64,000 nucleotides of DNA, taken from positions 131,454-195,453 of the IMG/VR virus record IMGVR_UViG_3300018080_000104. The stretch is one strand, 5' to 3'. The DNA is from a virus (Duplodnaviria > Heunggongvirae > Uroviricota > Caudoviricetes). Each line of letters begins with the position of its first letter. Within the stretch, counting starts at the first letter, position 1. The notes under the pieces are model-generated. The model made no database searches, was not told where the DNA came from, and saw nothing but the letters and a program-made list of their open reading frames with translations. The translations under genes were made by a program, and so were the position numbers. This document shows positions 38,026-46,504 of the stretch, piece after piece.

Positions 38026-38314
38026 TCCGCGTCTCCGTACTGCCCAGTTTATCGGCAGCCCCCTTTGACATCCCCTCGATCGTTATTTACGACGGCCAAA
38101 GGTCCAGGGCTCTTTTGAGCCTTGCGACGGTTCTTACTGCCGCGTCCGCCGCTCCTCCTACCGCGCCTCAGTACGCTCTATGGCACGGGTGCCTGAGCCC
38201 GGCCACCGCGTCCGTGGTAGTTGCCGGACTCTCCTAACCAGTCAGCGGCTTGACCAAGCCACCGACAAACTGTTATCCGACAACATACAGTATCTAGGCA
38301 CATTACAAAAGTGC

Positions 38315-38351
38315 AGGTGTTGTGCCAAACTTCATGTCTGACACAACACCT
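38315..38351. promoter_or_regulatory. Perfect 10-bp inverted repeat with a 17-nt loop (AGGTGTTGTG...CACAACACCT). Operator or terminator candidate.
   Basis: Seen directly in the 400-bp intergenic region between the RHH gene and the membrane/PAS/ligase operon. More GC hairpins lie at about 38376-38415. Confidence 0.4.
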
Positions 38352-38428
38352 TGTAGTGTACTTGGATTTTGGCCTGGCAACGTTTGTTGCCGCCCCACTC
38401 CAAGGGGGTAGCCAGCAAGCACGGGCTG

Positions 38429-38662
38429 TCATCGTTTCGGAATGCTGATTTTGGCCGCTTTCAACGCATTATCCAGCAGCGCGCCTGTAACCCGTAGTTT
38501 AGCAATTGCCAGTTTGTTTACAGATGTCTGCCTTGCCCGGGCTTCCGCGTTCAGTGCCGCATGCAATTCTGCAGGCAATCGGATCGTAATTACGCGTACG
38601 CTCTTTCCGTCCGCTCCTCCGACAGGATGCAACAGTTTATCGAGAAAATCTGGGTTGTCCAT
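38429..38662 (-). CDS. Ribbon-helix-helix (CopG/Arc-like) DNA-binding protein.
   Basis: VITIRLPAELHAALNAEARARQTSVNKLAIAKL fits the beta-strand plus two-helix RHH pattern. Confidence 0.55.
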   Translation of the reverse strand: MDNPDFLDKLLHPVGGADGKSVRVITIRLPAELHAALNAEARARQTSVNKLAIAKLRVTGALLDNALKAAKISIPKR

Positions 38663-38702
38663 CGGACTCTCCTTGCTGGCTTGACTGCCTTATTATGGCA
38701 GT

Positions 38703-39344
38703 TTAGTTGGCATTAAGCAATTCTTCGGCAACTACCAGCTGGTTTGTAGCCCCGACTAAGAATTTGTCTTCTACGGCCCGAATAATGTTTATGCAGCCGT
38801 ACGTTTGATCCAGATCCCTGGCTCGTTGCAGCGGTACGCCAGCAATACCGGCAATAGCTGCCCGGATGACGGCCTGGTGTGTCACCACCACAATTTGCTG
38901 CCTCGGATGTGACTTTACGCACTTTTGCATAAACTGCAATGCCCGCGCTTGCACAGCGCCGAGCGTTTCGCCACCGCCTAATGCATTATCGCGCGGATCC
39001 CGCAAATACGCGCTAAAGGCATTCCCGTCACCGGCAGCCGCCTGCTGCCATGTCTGTCCTTCCCAGCTGCCGTAGTCGACAGCATTCAATTCTCCGGCGA
39101 TTCTAAACATTGTCGTGTCGCAGGCATTCATCAGTATTCTTGCTGTTTCGGTAGCCCTGTAGGCGGGACTAGTATAGATTGTGTGCAAATTCCGCCGACA
39201 TAGCGTCTTTGCTAATTGCTGTATTTGTTGTTTGCCGTCGGCCGCCAATCCGGCGTCCAACGTACGGCCCAGAATGATAGGCACAGGCAAAGCGTCGTTG
39301 ACGGTCTTGCCACAACAAAGCAAATACAGCACACAATCTGTCAT
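38703..39344 (-). CDS. Histidine-phosphatase / phosphoglycerate-mutase-family protein with a degenerate active site (RHGET replaced by CCGKT).
   Basis: ATG 39344 follows GGAGccaaaa. Blocks LYLLCCGKTVND, YTSPAYRATETARI, GSWEG, GGETL, VVVTHQAVIRA. Confidence 0.65.
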   Translation of the reverse strand: MTDCVLYLLCCGKTVNDALPVPIILGRTLDAGLAADGKQQIQQLAKTLCRRNLHTIYTSPAYRATETARILMNACDTTMFRIAGELNAVDYGSWEGQTWQQAAAGDGNAFSAYLRDPRDNALGGGETLGAVQARALQFMQKCVKSHPRQQIVVVTHQAVIRAAIAGIAGVPLQRARDLDQTYGCINIIRAVEDKFLVGATNQLVVAEELLNAN

Positions 39345-40090
39345 TTTTGGCTCCATTGCAATTTGGCTAGCTCTTTGGCTACCATATCCGCACACCATTC
39401 CGCATCGTGGCCGATCAGTTCCATGGCGAGAATGGCATGTGCAGCGCCAGCAAGCATTACTTCATATGGCCCCGGCTGGCTTTGCTCTTCGGGGCTAATG
39501 GCCACCTCGTAGCTTTCGACCCGTCTGCGTATGTTCACCAACAGTGGAAGGTCTGGACATACACGTTTGACGTGCGGAATATCCTCGTATTCGACGATCA
39601 TCGCATGCACTCCAGCGGAATGGCAAATAATAGCCTGCTGGCATACGAAATCGAATCGCGTTTTTAAGTCGATTCGCGACTGTCGCATTACGGCGGCATT
39701 GAATGCCGCTGGAACTGCAGCGCCGATTATTTTGGGCGTGTTAATACGCTGCGAGTAGTCACGGCTTTTGTCGGCTGCTTCTACGGCCAGCGTAAGCAAT
39801 TCAGTGCCGCATATCGATTGTACGACGATACCTGCTATGCCCGGTAACTTAGCCGCTTCTGTGACAGCTGTCCAAATTTCTTGGTGATGGCCGAACAGCC
39901 GGGCATCCAAGATGATGTCTCGCATACCCAATTCACCAAGACCGCGCACACCGTAAAGGCCCCAGGTTAAGAGAAAAGCAGGGCCCAATTTGATCGTAGT
40001 AGTGCATCCGCGGAAATCGCGGGCTACTCGCTGTACGCGTTCAAAATCAGCTCCGTCTACAGCGAGACAGAGATTATCCCGAAACAGCAT
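39341..40090 (-). CDS. OMP-decarboxylase-suprafamily (ribulose-phosphate-binding barrel)-like protein with degenerate DxKxxD (DARLFG).
   Basis: ATG 40090 follows GGAGGctagg. Blocks LAVDGAD, TIKLGPAF, ILDARLF. Its stop overlaps the next start (ATGA). Confidence 0.35.
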   Translation of the reverse strand: MLFRDNLCLAVDGADFERVQRVARDFRGCTTTIKLGPAFLLTWGLYGVRGLGELGMRDIILDARLFGHHQEIWTAVTEAAKLPGIAGIVVQSICGTELLTLAVEAADKSRDYSQRINTPKIIGAAVPAAFNAAVMRQSRIDLKTRFDFVCQQAIICHSAGVHAMIVEYEDIPHVKRVCPDLPLLVNIRRRVESYEVAISPEEQSQPGPYEVMLAGAAHAILAMELIGHDAEWCADMVAKELAKLQWSQK

Positions 40091-40103
40091 CCTAGCCTCC
40101 AAG

Positions 40104-40790
40104 CTAGTCTATTGTCCCTTTCAACCGCTTTATGAACTCGTCACGAAGTTTTTGCGCGATTATCTCTTGCTGCTCTGGCGTGCAGACTTCCAAGATAGCT
40201 TGCTCCATTGCCAGCCGAAAATAGTCGCCAGCAGTAATCGCAAGAACGTTATGAAGCGAAACTATTTCTTGGCAACTGAGATTTTTTGACGCCGCAATAC
40301 AAATAGCAGCAGGGGCAGCCTCTTTAGAGTCGGCATCTTGCGCGGACAGTTTTTCCGTTTGCATTTCGAGTTTCCGCCGGTGCAGTTCCCAGGCTGCTTC
40401 TAGTGCAGCATCGCATAGATCGAACGGATCTGCCGAGCGTATAACTTGCATTGGATCCTCTGCATTGATACGCACTTTCCAGTGATCATCATGCGGCTCC
40501 AGGATAATGCAGTCTGCGCCGGCAATCAGCTGTACTTCACGCCGATCTATTGCCCCTTGTAGTATTGCCGACGTGCGGGTGGCTGCCATCTGTACGGCTT
40601 GATTATCGGCAGAGCCCATTGTACGATGCTGAAAATTTTTAGCAGTGTCGCCCAAATAGCCGATGGCGATCTTTGCCGGCCATGCGCCGGCATTCATGCT
40701 GCTGGGCGAGGATTCAGCTCTTTCTACCCATACCCATACCCATTGTGCAGCGGCGTAATGCCCCTCTGGCCCGCGTTTTAGCTTTTCCAT
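40104..40790 (-). CDS. Hypothetical protein, 228 aa.
   Basis: SD AGGAGcgaaaaATG. Confidence 0.5.
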   Translation of the reverse strand: MEKLKRGPEGHYAAAQWVWVWVERAESSPSSMNAGAWPAKIAIGYLGDTAKNFQHRTMGSADNQAVQMAATRTSAILQGAIDRREVQLIAGADCIILEPHDDHWKVRINAEDPMQVIRSADPFDLCDAALEAAWELHRRKLEMQTEKLSAQDADSKEAAPAAICIAASKNLSCQEIVSLHNVLAITAGDYFRLAMEQAILEVCTPEQQEIIAQKLRDEFIKRLKGTID

Positions 40791-40906
40791 TTTTCGCTCC
40801 TGCTCATTTACACGATTGTACTGCTTTTTTTGCTGTCATCAATAGCAAATCCCCTTTTTTGGTGGTATTCAGTGCTAAAAATAACACGATATTCGGATTT
40901 TGCCCG

Positions 40907-41596
40907 CTAGTCTTGGTCATTTTTGGTAATTCGTATGCCTCGCAACAGCCGTTCATGCGCGCTGACCTGCCCCTGATCAGATTCTGCAGGTCGCGTTTTA
41001 GCATACAAATAAAGGCCAGGCGTTATTACGGGAGTAGTGGCCAAATATGATGCGTTGGAGGCTAAATATGCCACGTCGGCTTCAGGAATCTGACGGCATC
41101 CTGGTAAATCTTGATTGGGCCCAAAAATAGCAACAACATGTCTATTCGGCGGAACCGTGATACGTTGTATGCTTGCTCTGCCATAGCTATGTCGCAGGCG
41201 GCGAACACAAGCTATTGCAGCGGTTTCGGACAGATATGCGCTATAACGCACCCATTGCTCGGTCCATTTCTCGACGGTATACGGCATAGACGTACAGCAA
41301 CCGTTACAAGGACATACGACCACGTCGCCGCCTGCTATACGACCATCCGCATCTACGACATGCACTTCGCACGCAGGCCTGCCAGTTTGTTTGGCTATGC
41401 GCAATGTAATACGTTCATCGTACCATGGCGATACAATCACTGCGTGCTGCCGTTCGCGTGTCAAGTAAACGACGTGCCCGGCATCCTGCCAAGACAACCA
41501 TGGGCCTGCAGGCACCGGAATCAAAGGATACATAGTATCAAATGACACTGATAATCCCCCTTCTTCTTTTTCATGCCAATACAACAGTGTAATCAT
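40907..41596 (-). CDS. Hypothetical protein, 229 aa.
   Basis: Its start overlaps the stop of the upstream sulfotransferase gene (ATGA). Confidence 0.5.
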   Translation of the reverse strand: MITLLYWHEKEEGGLSVSFDTMYPLIPVPAGPWLSWQDAGHVVYLTRERQHAVIVSPWYDERITLRIAKQTGRPACEVHVVDADGRIAGGDVVVCPCNGCCTSMPYTVEKWTEQWVRYSAYLSETAAIACVRRLRHSYGRASIQRITVPPNRHVVAIFGPNQDLPGCRQIPEADVAYLASNASYLATTPVITPGLYLYAKTRPAESDQGQVSAHERLLRGIRITKNDQD

Positions 41597-42207
41597 TTGC
41601 CAAACTCAAAGCCCCATGTCATGATGTCATCCTTAAATTTCTCAGCAACTATTTGCCTAGATTCTGCGTCATAATATGCTGTATACGGAAGCCCGTGCCT
41701 AGCAGCATCTTTGTGTATGTGGGGTAATTTCGACGTAGGAATCTTCAACAGCCTACACAGGTTATTCCAGTCTTCTAGCAAATGCTCAAACCTGATAATG
41801 AAGTCAGCTTGAAATGCTCCATCTACGGTAAGGAAGTCTATCTGCTGACGCCGATGAGCTAATCTTTCGTGCGGATTCCCTCCGTTTCGTGGCCATTCCT
41901 CCCCTTTCGTCATCAAGTCTTGCTTGAACGCCTCTGCCGATGCCCTGTGCTTTGCGTGTGAATGATAACTAGATACTGCTCGCGACCATGAGTTCCTAAT
42001 CGGCGCTACTATCAAGTATTGTTGTAGCCATTCTGGTTGCACAAACCCGTTGTCCGATAATTCCTGTATGCTCAAATGTTGTCTACAAAAATCCTTCGTT
42101 CCAACTTCATGTGCGTCACTATCTATGCGCCGTATGGCCTGCGTCAAGCTGCCACCGGCGCACTTGGGAATATGGACGAATATCAGTTTGAGTTTGTGCG
42201 AAATCAT
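41593..42207 (-). CDS. Sulfotransferase (Sulfotransfer_2-like; HIPKCAGGS resembles the PAPS-binding HIPKTGGT).
   Basis: N-terminal LIFVHIPKCAGGSLTQAI motif. Confidence 0.55.
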   Translation of the reverse strand: MISHKLKLIFVHIPKCAGGSLTQAIRRIDSDAHEVGTKDFCRQHLSIQELSDNGFVQPEWLQQYLIVAPIRNSWSRAVSSYHSHAKHRASAEAFKQDLMTKGEEWPRNGGNPHERLAHRRQQIDFLTVDGAFQADFIIRFEHLLEDWNNLCRLLKIPTSKLPHIHKDAARHGLPYTAYYDAESRQIVAEKFKDDIMTWGFEFGK

Positions 42208-42246
42208 AGAAAGCTCTAATCAGGAACAATCCAAACTCCACCTCTC

Positions 42247-42912
42247 TCATACCAATACGAGCTTCTCTTTAAGCAGAAATTCGTTGATGCAGATTCTGGA
42301 CCAAGTTTCAAATTGCGCTTCGCGTTGTTTCAGCTCCGAAGCCGTATACCAATGCGCATCGTGCATGCTGTTCTCTTTCTTTAATACAACAAACCTGGAA
42401 GCATGCCCTAGAAAGACGACGCCTAAATGCACTTTGCCAACAGCATTGGAATCGTCGTTGATGAATCCCATGCAATCTATACGGGCCGTACAGACCGGCG
42501 CTGACTCGTCTTCGTCCAGTCTGCGCATGGGCAAAAGCGTGATTTCTTCTCCAAGTTCTCGCCACATGCCGGCCGTAAATGGATCTTTGGCATCGTCGTT
42601 CTGGTTTACATGCCCGCCGATGCCAATGCTGTATTTGTTATGCAGCCTGGCCTCGCTCTGCGCTCGACTACGAGAATACGAGAAAAAGAGCGGCGCAGTC
42701 TGTGCCGCGTCCGCTGGTAAATGTTTGCCTAGAATAACATACGGTATCAATTGCTTCCAATCAGGATCGTTTTCAACGGCGTCTCGCGGTTGAAACGTAA
42801 TTACTTCTGCAGATAGCAGTTTGCTATAGTGCACAACGTCCGGACTGAATCCTTCAAAATAGCCGTATGATTTGAATAACTCCGTAGGCACGCAAGCGAC
42901 GTTTTCGGTCAT
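42247..42912 (-). CDS. Hypothetical protein with a Nudix-like segment (weak).
   Basis: SD GGGAGctagtATG. GGHVNQNDDAKDPFTAGMWRELGEEITL is only loosely Nudix-box-like. Confidence 0.3.
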   Translation of the reverse strand: MTENVACVPTELFKSYGYFEGFSPDVVHYSKLLSAEVITFQPRDAVENDPDWKQLIPYVILGKHLPADAAQTAPLFFSYSRSRAQSEARLHNKYSIGIGGHVNQNDDAKDPFTAGMWRELGEEITLLPMRRLDEDESAPVCTARIDCMGFINDDSNAVGKVHLGVVFLGHASRFVVLKKENSMHDAHWYTASELKQREAQFETWSRICINEFLLKEKLVLV

Positions 42913-43025
42913 ACTAGCTCCCTGATTGTTCCTGGTTTAGCGGGCCACACAATTCACCGTGTTCTGCCTTCGACAGCTGTGCATCCCCTATTCCTGCGAG
43001 ATGCACAGCTGTCTCGGCATGCGCT

Positions 43026-43496
43026 TCAGCAAGCGGGCTCCTGCTGTTTCTGTTCTTCCGCTTTGTCGGTCTTATCCAGGACGCCATACTTATCAGCCAG
43101 CACTAAAATAGCCTCAGCGCGGTTTGCGTGCTCCTGCACATGTTGCAGCATCTCCGCAATTGCTGCAAGAAAAGCGGCCTCGCGTGTACGATAGCAATGA
43201 TCGTGCGCTGGCTCTGCAAACACATGAAGCCCCCGCGCTTTGTGGAACATTTCCATTGTTGCGCCCTCGTGTGTCTGCGTCGTGCGATAATAAAGTAGAC
43301 GCGGTGCGGCGCCTTCAAGCGGAACGAGCGCAATGGAATCGCCGCACCGTACAGCAACTACGCACTCTACCTTCGGCTCACAGCGCGGCATGTCATAATA
43401 GGTATCCTCGTGTGTAACCCAGTAGAGCTTGCCAGGTTCCAACAGCGAAATTGGAACTGCTTTAGGCGCAGTACATTTAATTTCAGTTGGCATCAT
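43026..43496 (-). CDS. Hypothetical protein, 156 aa.
   Basis: ATG 43496 follows AAAGGAcagca. The longer track ORF would overlap the upstream gene by 110 nt. Confidence 0.4.
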   Translation of the reverse strand: MMPTEIKCTAPKAVPISLLEPGKLYWVTHEDTYYDMPRCEPKVECVVAVRCGDSIALVPLEGAAPRLLYYRTTQTHEGATMEMFHKARGLHVFAEPAHDHCYRTREAAFLAAIAEMLQHVQEHANRAEAILVLADKYGVLDKTDKAEEQKQQEPAC

Positions 43497-44037
43497 TGCT
43501 GTCCTTTCCCAGTGATTCGCCGTCCAGCCATACCCATGCCTGGACCCAAATACCAGTATCAGTGACACTAGTAAGAGCGTCATCGTCAATTGCAATGTTA
43601 TCGTCGCTGTCTGTCACATACCGCGTACGCGCCAGTTCAAGCATCGCTGGAGTGGCTGGCGGCCTATATGGGCCGGAGCCGGCCTTGTCGGCTCTCGCCC
43701 ATTCTTCCAGCTTGTACCACACTTTATTGCACTCTATTAGCACATCCATGCTGTTTGCAATGTCAGTGGGCGTATCACCCCAGGACATGCCACCGCTGAA
43801 TACCATATCGTAGGGCCAATCCGTAAAGCCCATAACCATCGCTTCTCGGCCGTTGACGCTGTCGAGATAGTCGTCGAACGAGGTCTCGAGTAATTCTCGC
43901 GGCTGCGGTGGATCATTGATGTTGTCTTCGGGTAACTCTTTTTCATCCAGCTCTTTAATCAATTGCTTCATTTCGGTTATCCGCGCGTCGTCGAAACGGC
44001 ACGCGGGTAAAGCGTAGAGAATAAAATCGGCTCCCAC
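43483..44037 (-). CDS. Hypothetical acidic protein, 184 aa. GTG start.
   Basis: Track ORF. The start codon reads GTG on the sequence. Confidence 0.4.
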   Translation of the reverse strand: MGADFILYALPACRFDDARITEMKQLIKELDEKELPEDNINDPPQPRELLETSFDDYLDSVNGREAMVMGFTDWPYDMVFSGGMSWGDTPTDIANSMDVLIECNKVWYKLEEWARADKAGSGPYRPPATPAMLELARTRYVTDSDDNIAIDDDALTSVTDTGIWVQAWVWLDGESLGKDSNDAN

Positions 44038-44041
44038 AGGC

Positions 44042-45049
44042 CTATCCTTTCTGGAATTCCGTAAAGCTGGCTTCTGGATCTACCGTTTTACCCGTAGCAG
44101 GATCGAAGCCCAGCAATTCAATTACAATAGCCGGATCGGAAGATATTGCTTCGGCCTGTTCTTGTGTGGTCATTGTGTCCAGGTAGCTTTTGATAATGCC
44201 TTTAAGGTAGTCCCAATTTTGGAGACAGTCTTCATATATACAACTGTAAGCTGTATCGTAGATGCTGTCTTTCTGTTCGTCGGTAAGCACGTTGGCTTCA
44301 TTTGAGGACATCTGAACCCCTATCGCGGACGCGTTGGCGAACCTTGCCGTCGTAGCAAAGTATTCTCGCAAGCAGTTTCCGCAGTTTTTACACGCGGATC
44401 CGCCAGGAACGTTTTCGGTTCCACACGAATGCACTAGCGGTTCTTTTTCATAGGCTGCCATGACGCTTTTCCAGGCTGCATGCGTAATCGCCCAGTATGG
44501 ATTCAGTGTTCGTTTTCGGAAACTATAGCCGTCGCGATAGTGGTGCGGAATGCTTTCGAGTTCGTGGTATGCCATGAACGTCAAAACAACAGGCACCTGC
44601 TGCTTGCAATAATGGGCAACTACTGCATCGCATTGTCTGCAGTTCCACATATTCGCGCGGAACCGCACATACATCAGATTCGGCGGAATTTCCTTAAGCA
44701 ACACAGGCGACGCGTCGGTTTGGTCTCCCGGATTTACCGTCAATACGACAGGCGCCGGAAATTCTTCCAAGTGTTTTGGAATTGCTGTGTTGAAAAACCT
44801 GTGAGGATACTGGGCCGTATCAGCGATGACTTTCTCACGGTTAACGTTGGAATCGTTGCCATCATTTACCCGCACTACGCAATTCGTATCTACGGGTGGC
44901 ATGTTTGGCAAGTTTTCGGAAAGCGGTTCGAGGTAGCTTCGGCCCGATTGGAAGAAACAATCTTTGCATCGGTTTGGACATTCACCCGTTTGGGGAATGC
45001 AGCATACGATTCCGCTTCCTCTAGTCTTTGGATTTTCGATATACGCCAT
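44042..45049 (-). CDS. Radical-SAM-like protein (CX3CX2C).
   Basis: N-terminal GECPNRCKDCFFQSG cluster. Extra Cys pairs near the C-terminus (CKNCGNC). Confidence 0.35.
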   Translation of the reverse strand: MAYIENPKTRGSGIVCCIPQTGECPNRCKDCFFQSGRSYLEPLSENLPNMPPVDTNCVVRVNDGNDSNVNREKVIADTAQYPHRFFNTAIPKHLEEFPAPVVLTVNPGDQTDASPVLLKEIPPNLMYVRFRANMWNCRQCDAVVAHYCKQQVPVVLTFMAYHELESIPHHYRDGYSFRKRTLNPYWAITHAAWKSVMAAYEKEPLVHSCGTENVPGGSACKNCGNCLREYFATTARFANASAIGVQMSSNEANVLTDEQKDSIYDTAYSCIYEDCLQNWDYLKGIIKSYLDTMTTQEQAEAISSDPAIVIELLGFDPATGKTVDPEASFTEFQKG

Positions 45050-45075
45050 TAAATTGCGCCTTAATTTTGTTGTTG

Positions 45076-45342
45076 TTAACGTATTGTGGGGAAACCCAGC
45101 TCGTCGCCGTCGGGGCTCTGTCCAAACAAAGCGCCGGCGTCGTTTCCTTCGTCGTCTCTCACCGGAAATAGCAGCGTTCCGTCTTCAAGAACGAGGACAG
45201 GACAACTCTGGGCGAATCCCAAAGTTTCCACTTCTGCAGGATCCAGATAACGACAATCGACGATCTTTTTGCCCACTAGCCACCTTTTCAGTTCACGCGT
45301 CCACCGTGTTTTACACTCCGTAACAGTCTCTACCTTTTCCAT
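45076..45342 (-). CDS. Hypothetical small protein, 88 aa.
   Basis: SD AAGGAGGcaaaagccaATG. Confidence 0.5.
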   Translation of the reverse strand: MEKVETVTECKTRWTRELKRWLVGKKIVDCRYLDPAEVETLGFAQSCPVLVLEDGTLLFPVRDDEGNDAGALFGQSPDGDELGFPTIR

Positions 45343-45443
45343 TGGCTTTTGCCTCCTTGTTTTTGGTAGTTACCATAATGATACCCAATCCTAGCGCTTC
45401 AACGTATTTCGAGGCCCCACGATCGTTGGGTCTCAGTTATAAG

Positions 45444-45499
45444 CCGTAATATATTGTGAGTCATATCTTGATTTCCAAGATAAAGCGACGTATATTACG
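45444..45499. promoter_or_regulatory. Nested palindrome CGTAATATAT...ATCTTG-attcc-CAAGAT...ATATATTACG in an AT-rich intergenic segment, flanked by 45-bp direct repeats.
   Basis: Seen directly. Flanking repeats are at 45381-45425 and 45506-45551 (cccaatYctagcgcttcaacgtatttcgaRgcccc). Confidence 0.45.
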
Positions 45500-45523
45500 A
45501 TATAGATGCCCAATTCTAGCGCT

Positions 45524-45736
45524 TCAACGTATTTCGAAGCCCCCGCAATCGCGTAGAAACTCGACGAATTCCCGGACATTTTCCGTAGAGAACGGATAAT
45601 GGGCAGCTAACGATTTTCGCTTGCCGGTGCCATCGCATCCGTTGCACTCCTGATCCCCGGGGCCCGTTTGCGGAGGTGGCAGCCGTTTTCCGGTACCGCC
45701 ACAAATCGGACATGGTTCCTCGGGCAACATATCCAT
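45524..45736 (-). CDS. DnaJ-type zinc-finger small protein (two CxxCxGxG repeats).
   Basis: CPICGGTG and CNGCDGTG. Overlaps the upstream ORF by about 130 nt in another frame. Confidence 0.4.
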   Translation of the reverse strand: MDMLPEEPCPICGGTGKRLPPPQTGPGDQECNGCDGTGKRKSLAAHYPFSTENVREFVEFLRDCGGFEIR

Positions 45737-45984
45737 CGCGCGCTTATATGCTTTGCATACGCATCACAGTTGCCGCTATCGAGCTCTCCCTGCAGGATTT
45801 CGGCCAATTGCATGGCATCTTCGGCGTCTAAACCGCAGCCATCGTTGCTATGCCAATACTGGCAAGCTTCACAGATATCGCTAGCAACGTGAACACAGTA
45901 ATCTGCCAAAGGGTGCCACCACCAAACGTTATTTCGAAAGTACTCGCCTTTTTCAGACATGGGTTTTTTGCCGTATACGTCCAT
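45607..45984 (-). CDS. Cys-rich hypothetical protein, 125 aa from ATG 45984.
   Basis: CEACQYWHSNDGCG motif. Its 3' third overlaps the Zn-finger ORF. Confidence 0.35.
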   Translation of the reverse strand: MDVYGKKPMSEKGEYFRNNVWWWHPLADYCVHVASDICEACQYWHSNDGCGLDAEDAMQLAEILQGELDSGNCDAYAKHISARWICCPRNHVRFVAVPENGCHLRKRAPGIRSATDAMAPASENR

Positions 45985-46003
45985 ACCCACTGTTTCTTTT
46001 CTC

Positions 46004-46279
46004 CTATTTTTTCGGATCAATTACAATGCGACGACACGTCCGTTTGGTTGTAGCAACCGGGACCGACGAAATACCTAAAATCGCACATTTCTGCGATTCA
46101 GTAAGTTCGACATTGAACCTTCTCAGCCGTCGTTGCATATCATCCAGCGCTTCCTGTCTGTATTTGCGGATCCGCCGCTCGTCTAGCCAGGCTAGGTGAC
46201 GTGCGTAAGCCACATTACTTATAGCCTCTAGTGTTATTAGCGCTCCCAATATTTTTTCAATCAAACAGTGACACTTCAT
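46004..46279 (-). CDS. Small basic hypothetical protein, 91 aa from ATG 46279.
   Basis: No SD. Track ORF trimmed to the first ATG. Confidence 0.3.
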   Translation of the reverse strand: MKCHCLIEKILGALITLEAISNVAYARHLAWLDERRIRKYRQEALDDMQRRLRRFNVELTESQKCAILGISSVPVATTKRTCRRIVIDPKK

Positions 46280-46504
46280 TTGGTAATCGCCGTTATAATG
46301 TATATTGCCTCTTTCGGACCATCCGCCGAAATAGAGATGACCTCTCGGAGATCTCCAAAGCCACCGCGGACGACCGGCAAGCCAGGACGCCACGCAACAT
46401 TGCCGGAGCCCCGTTTCCGGGCTGCAGACGGTGATATTCTTCGCAAGCGTAGGGCTGCAATAGATTCAGACGGCGACTCAATTCTCATCGTCGCAGCCAT
46501 AGGT

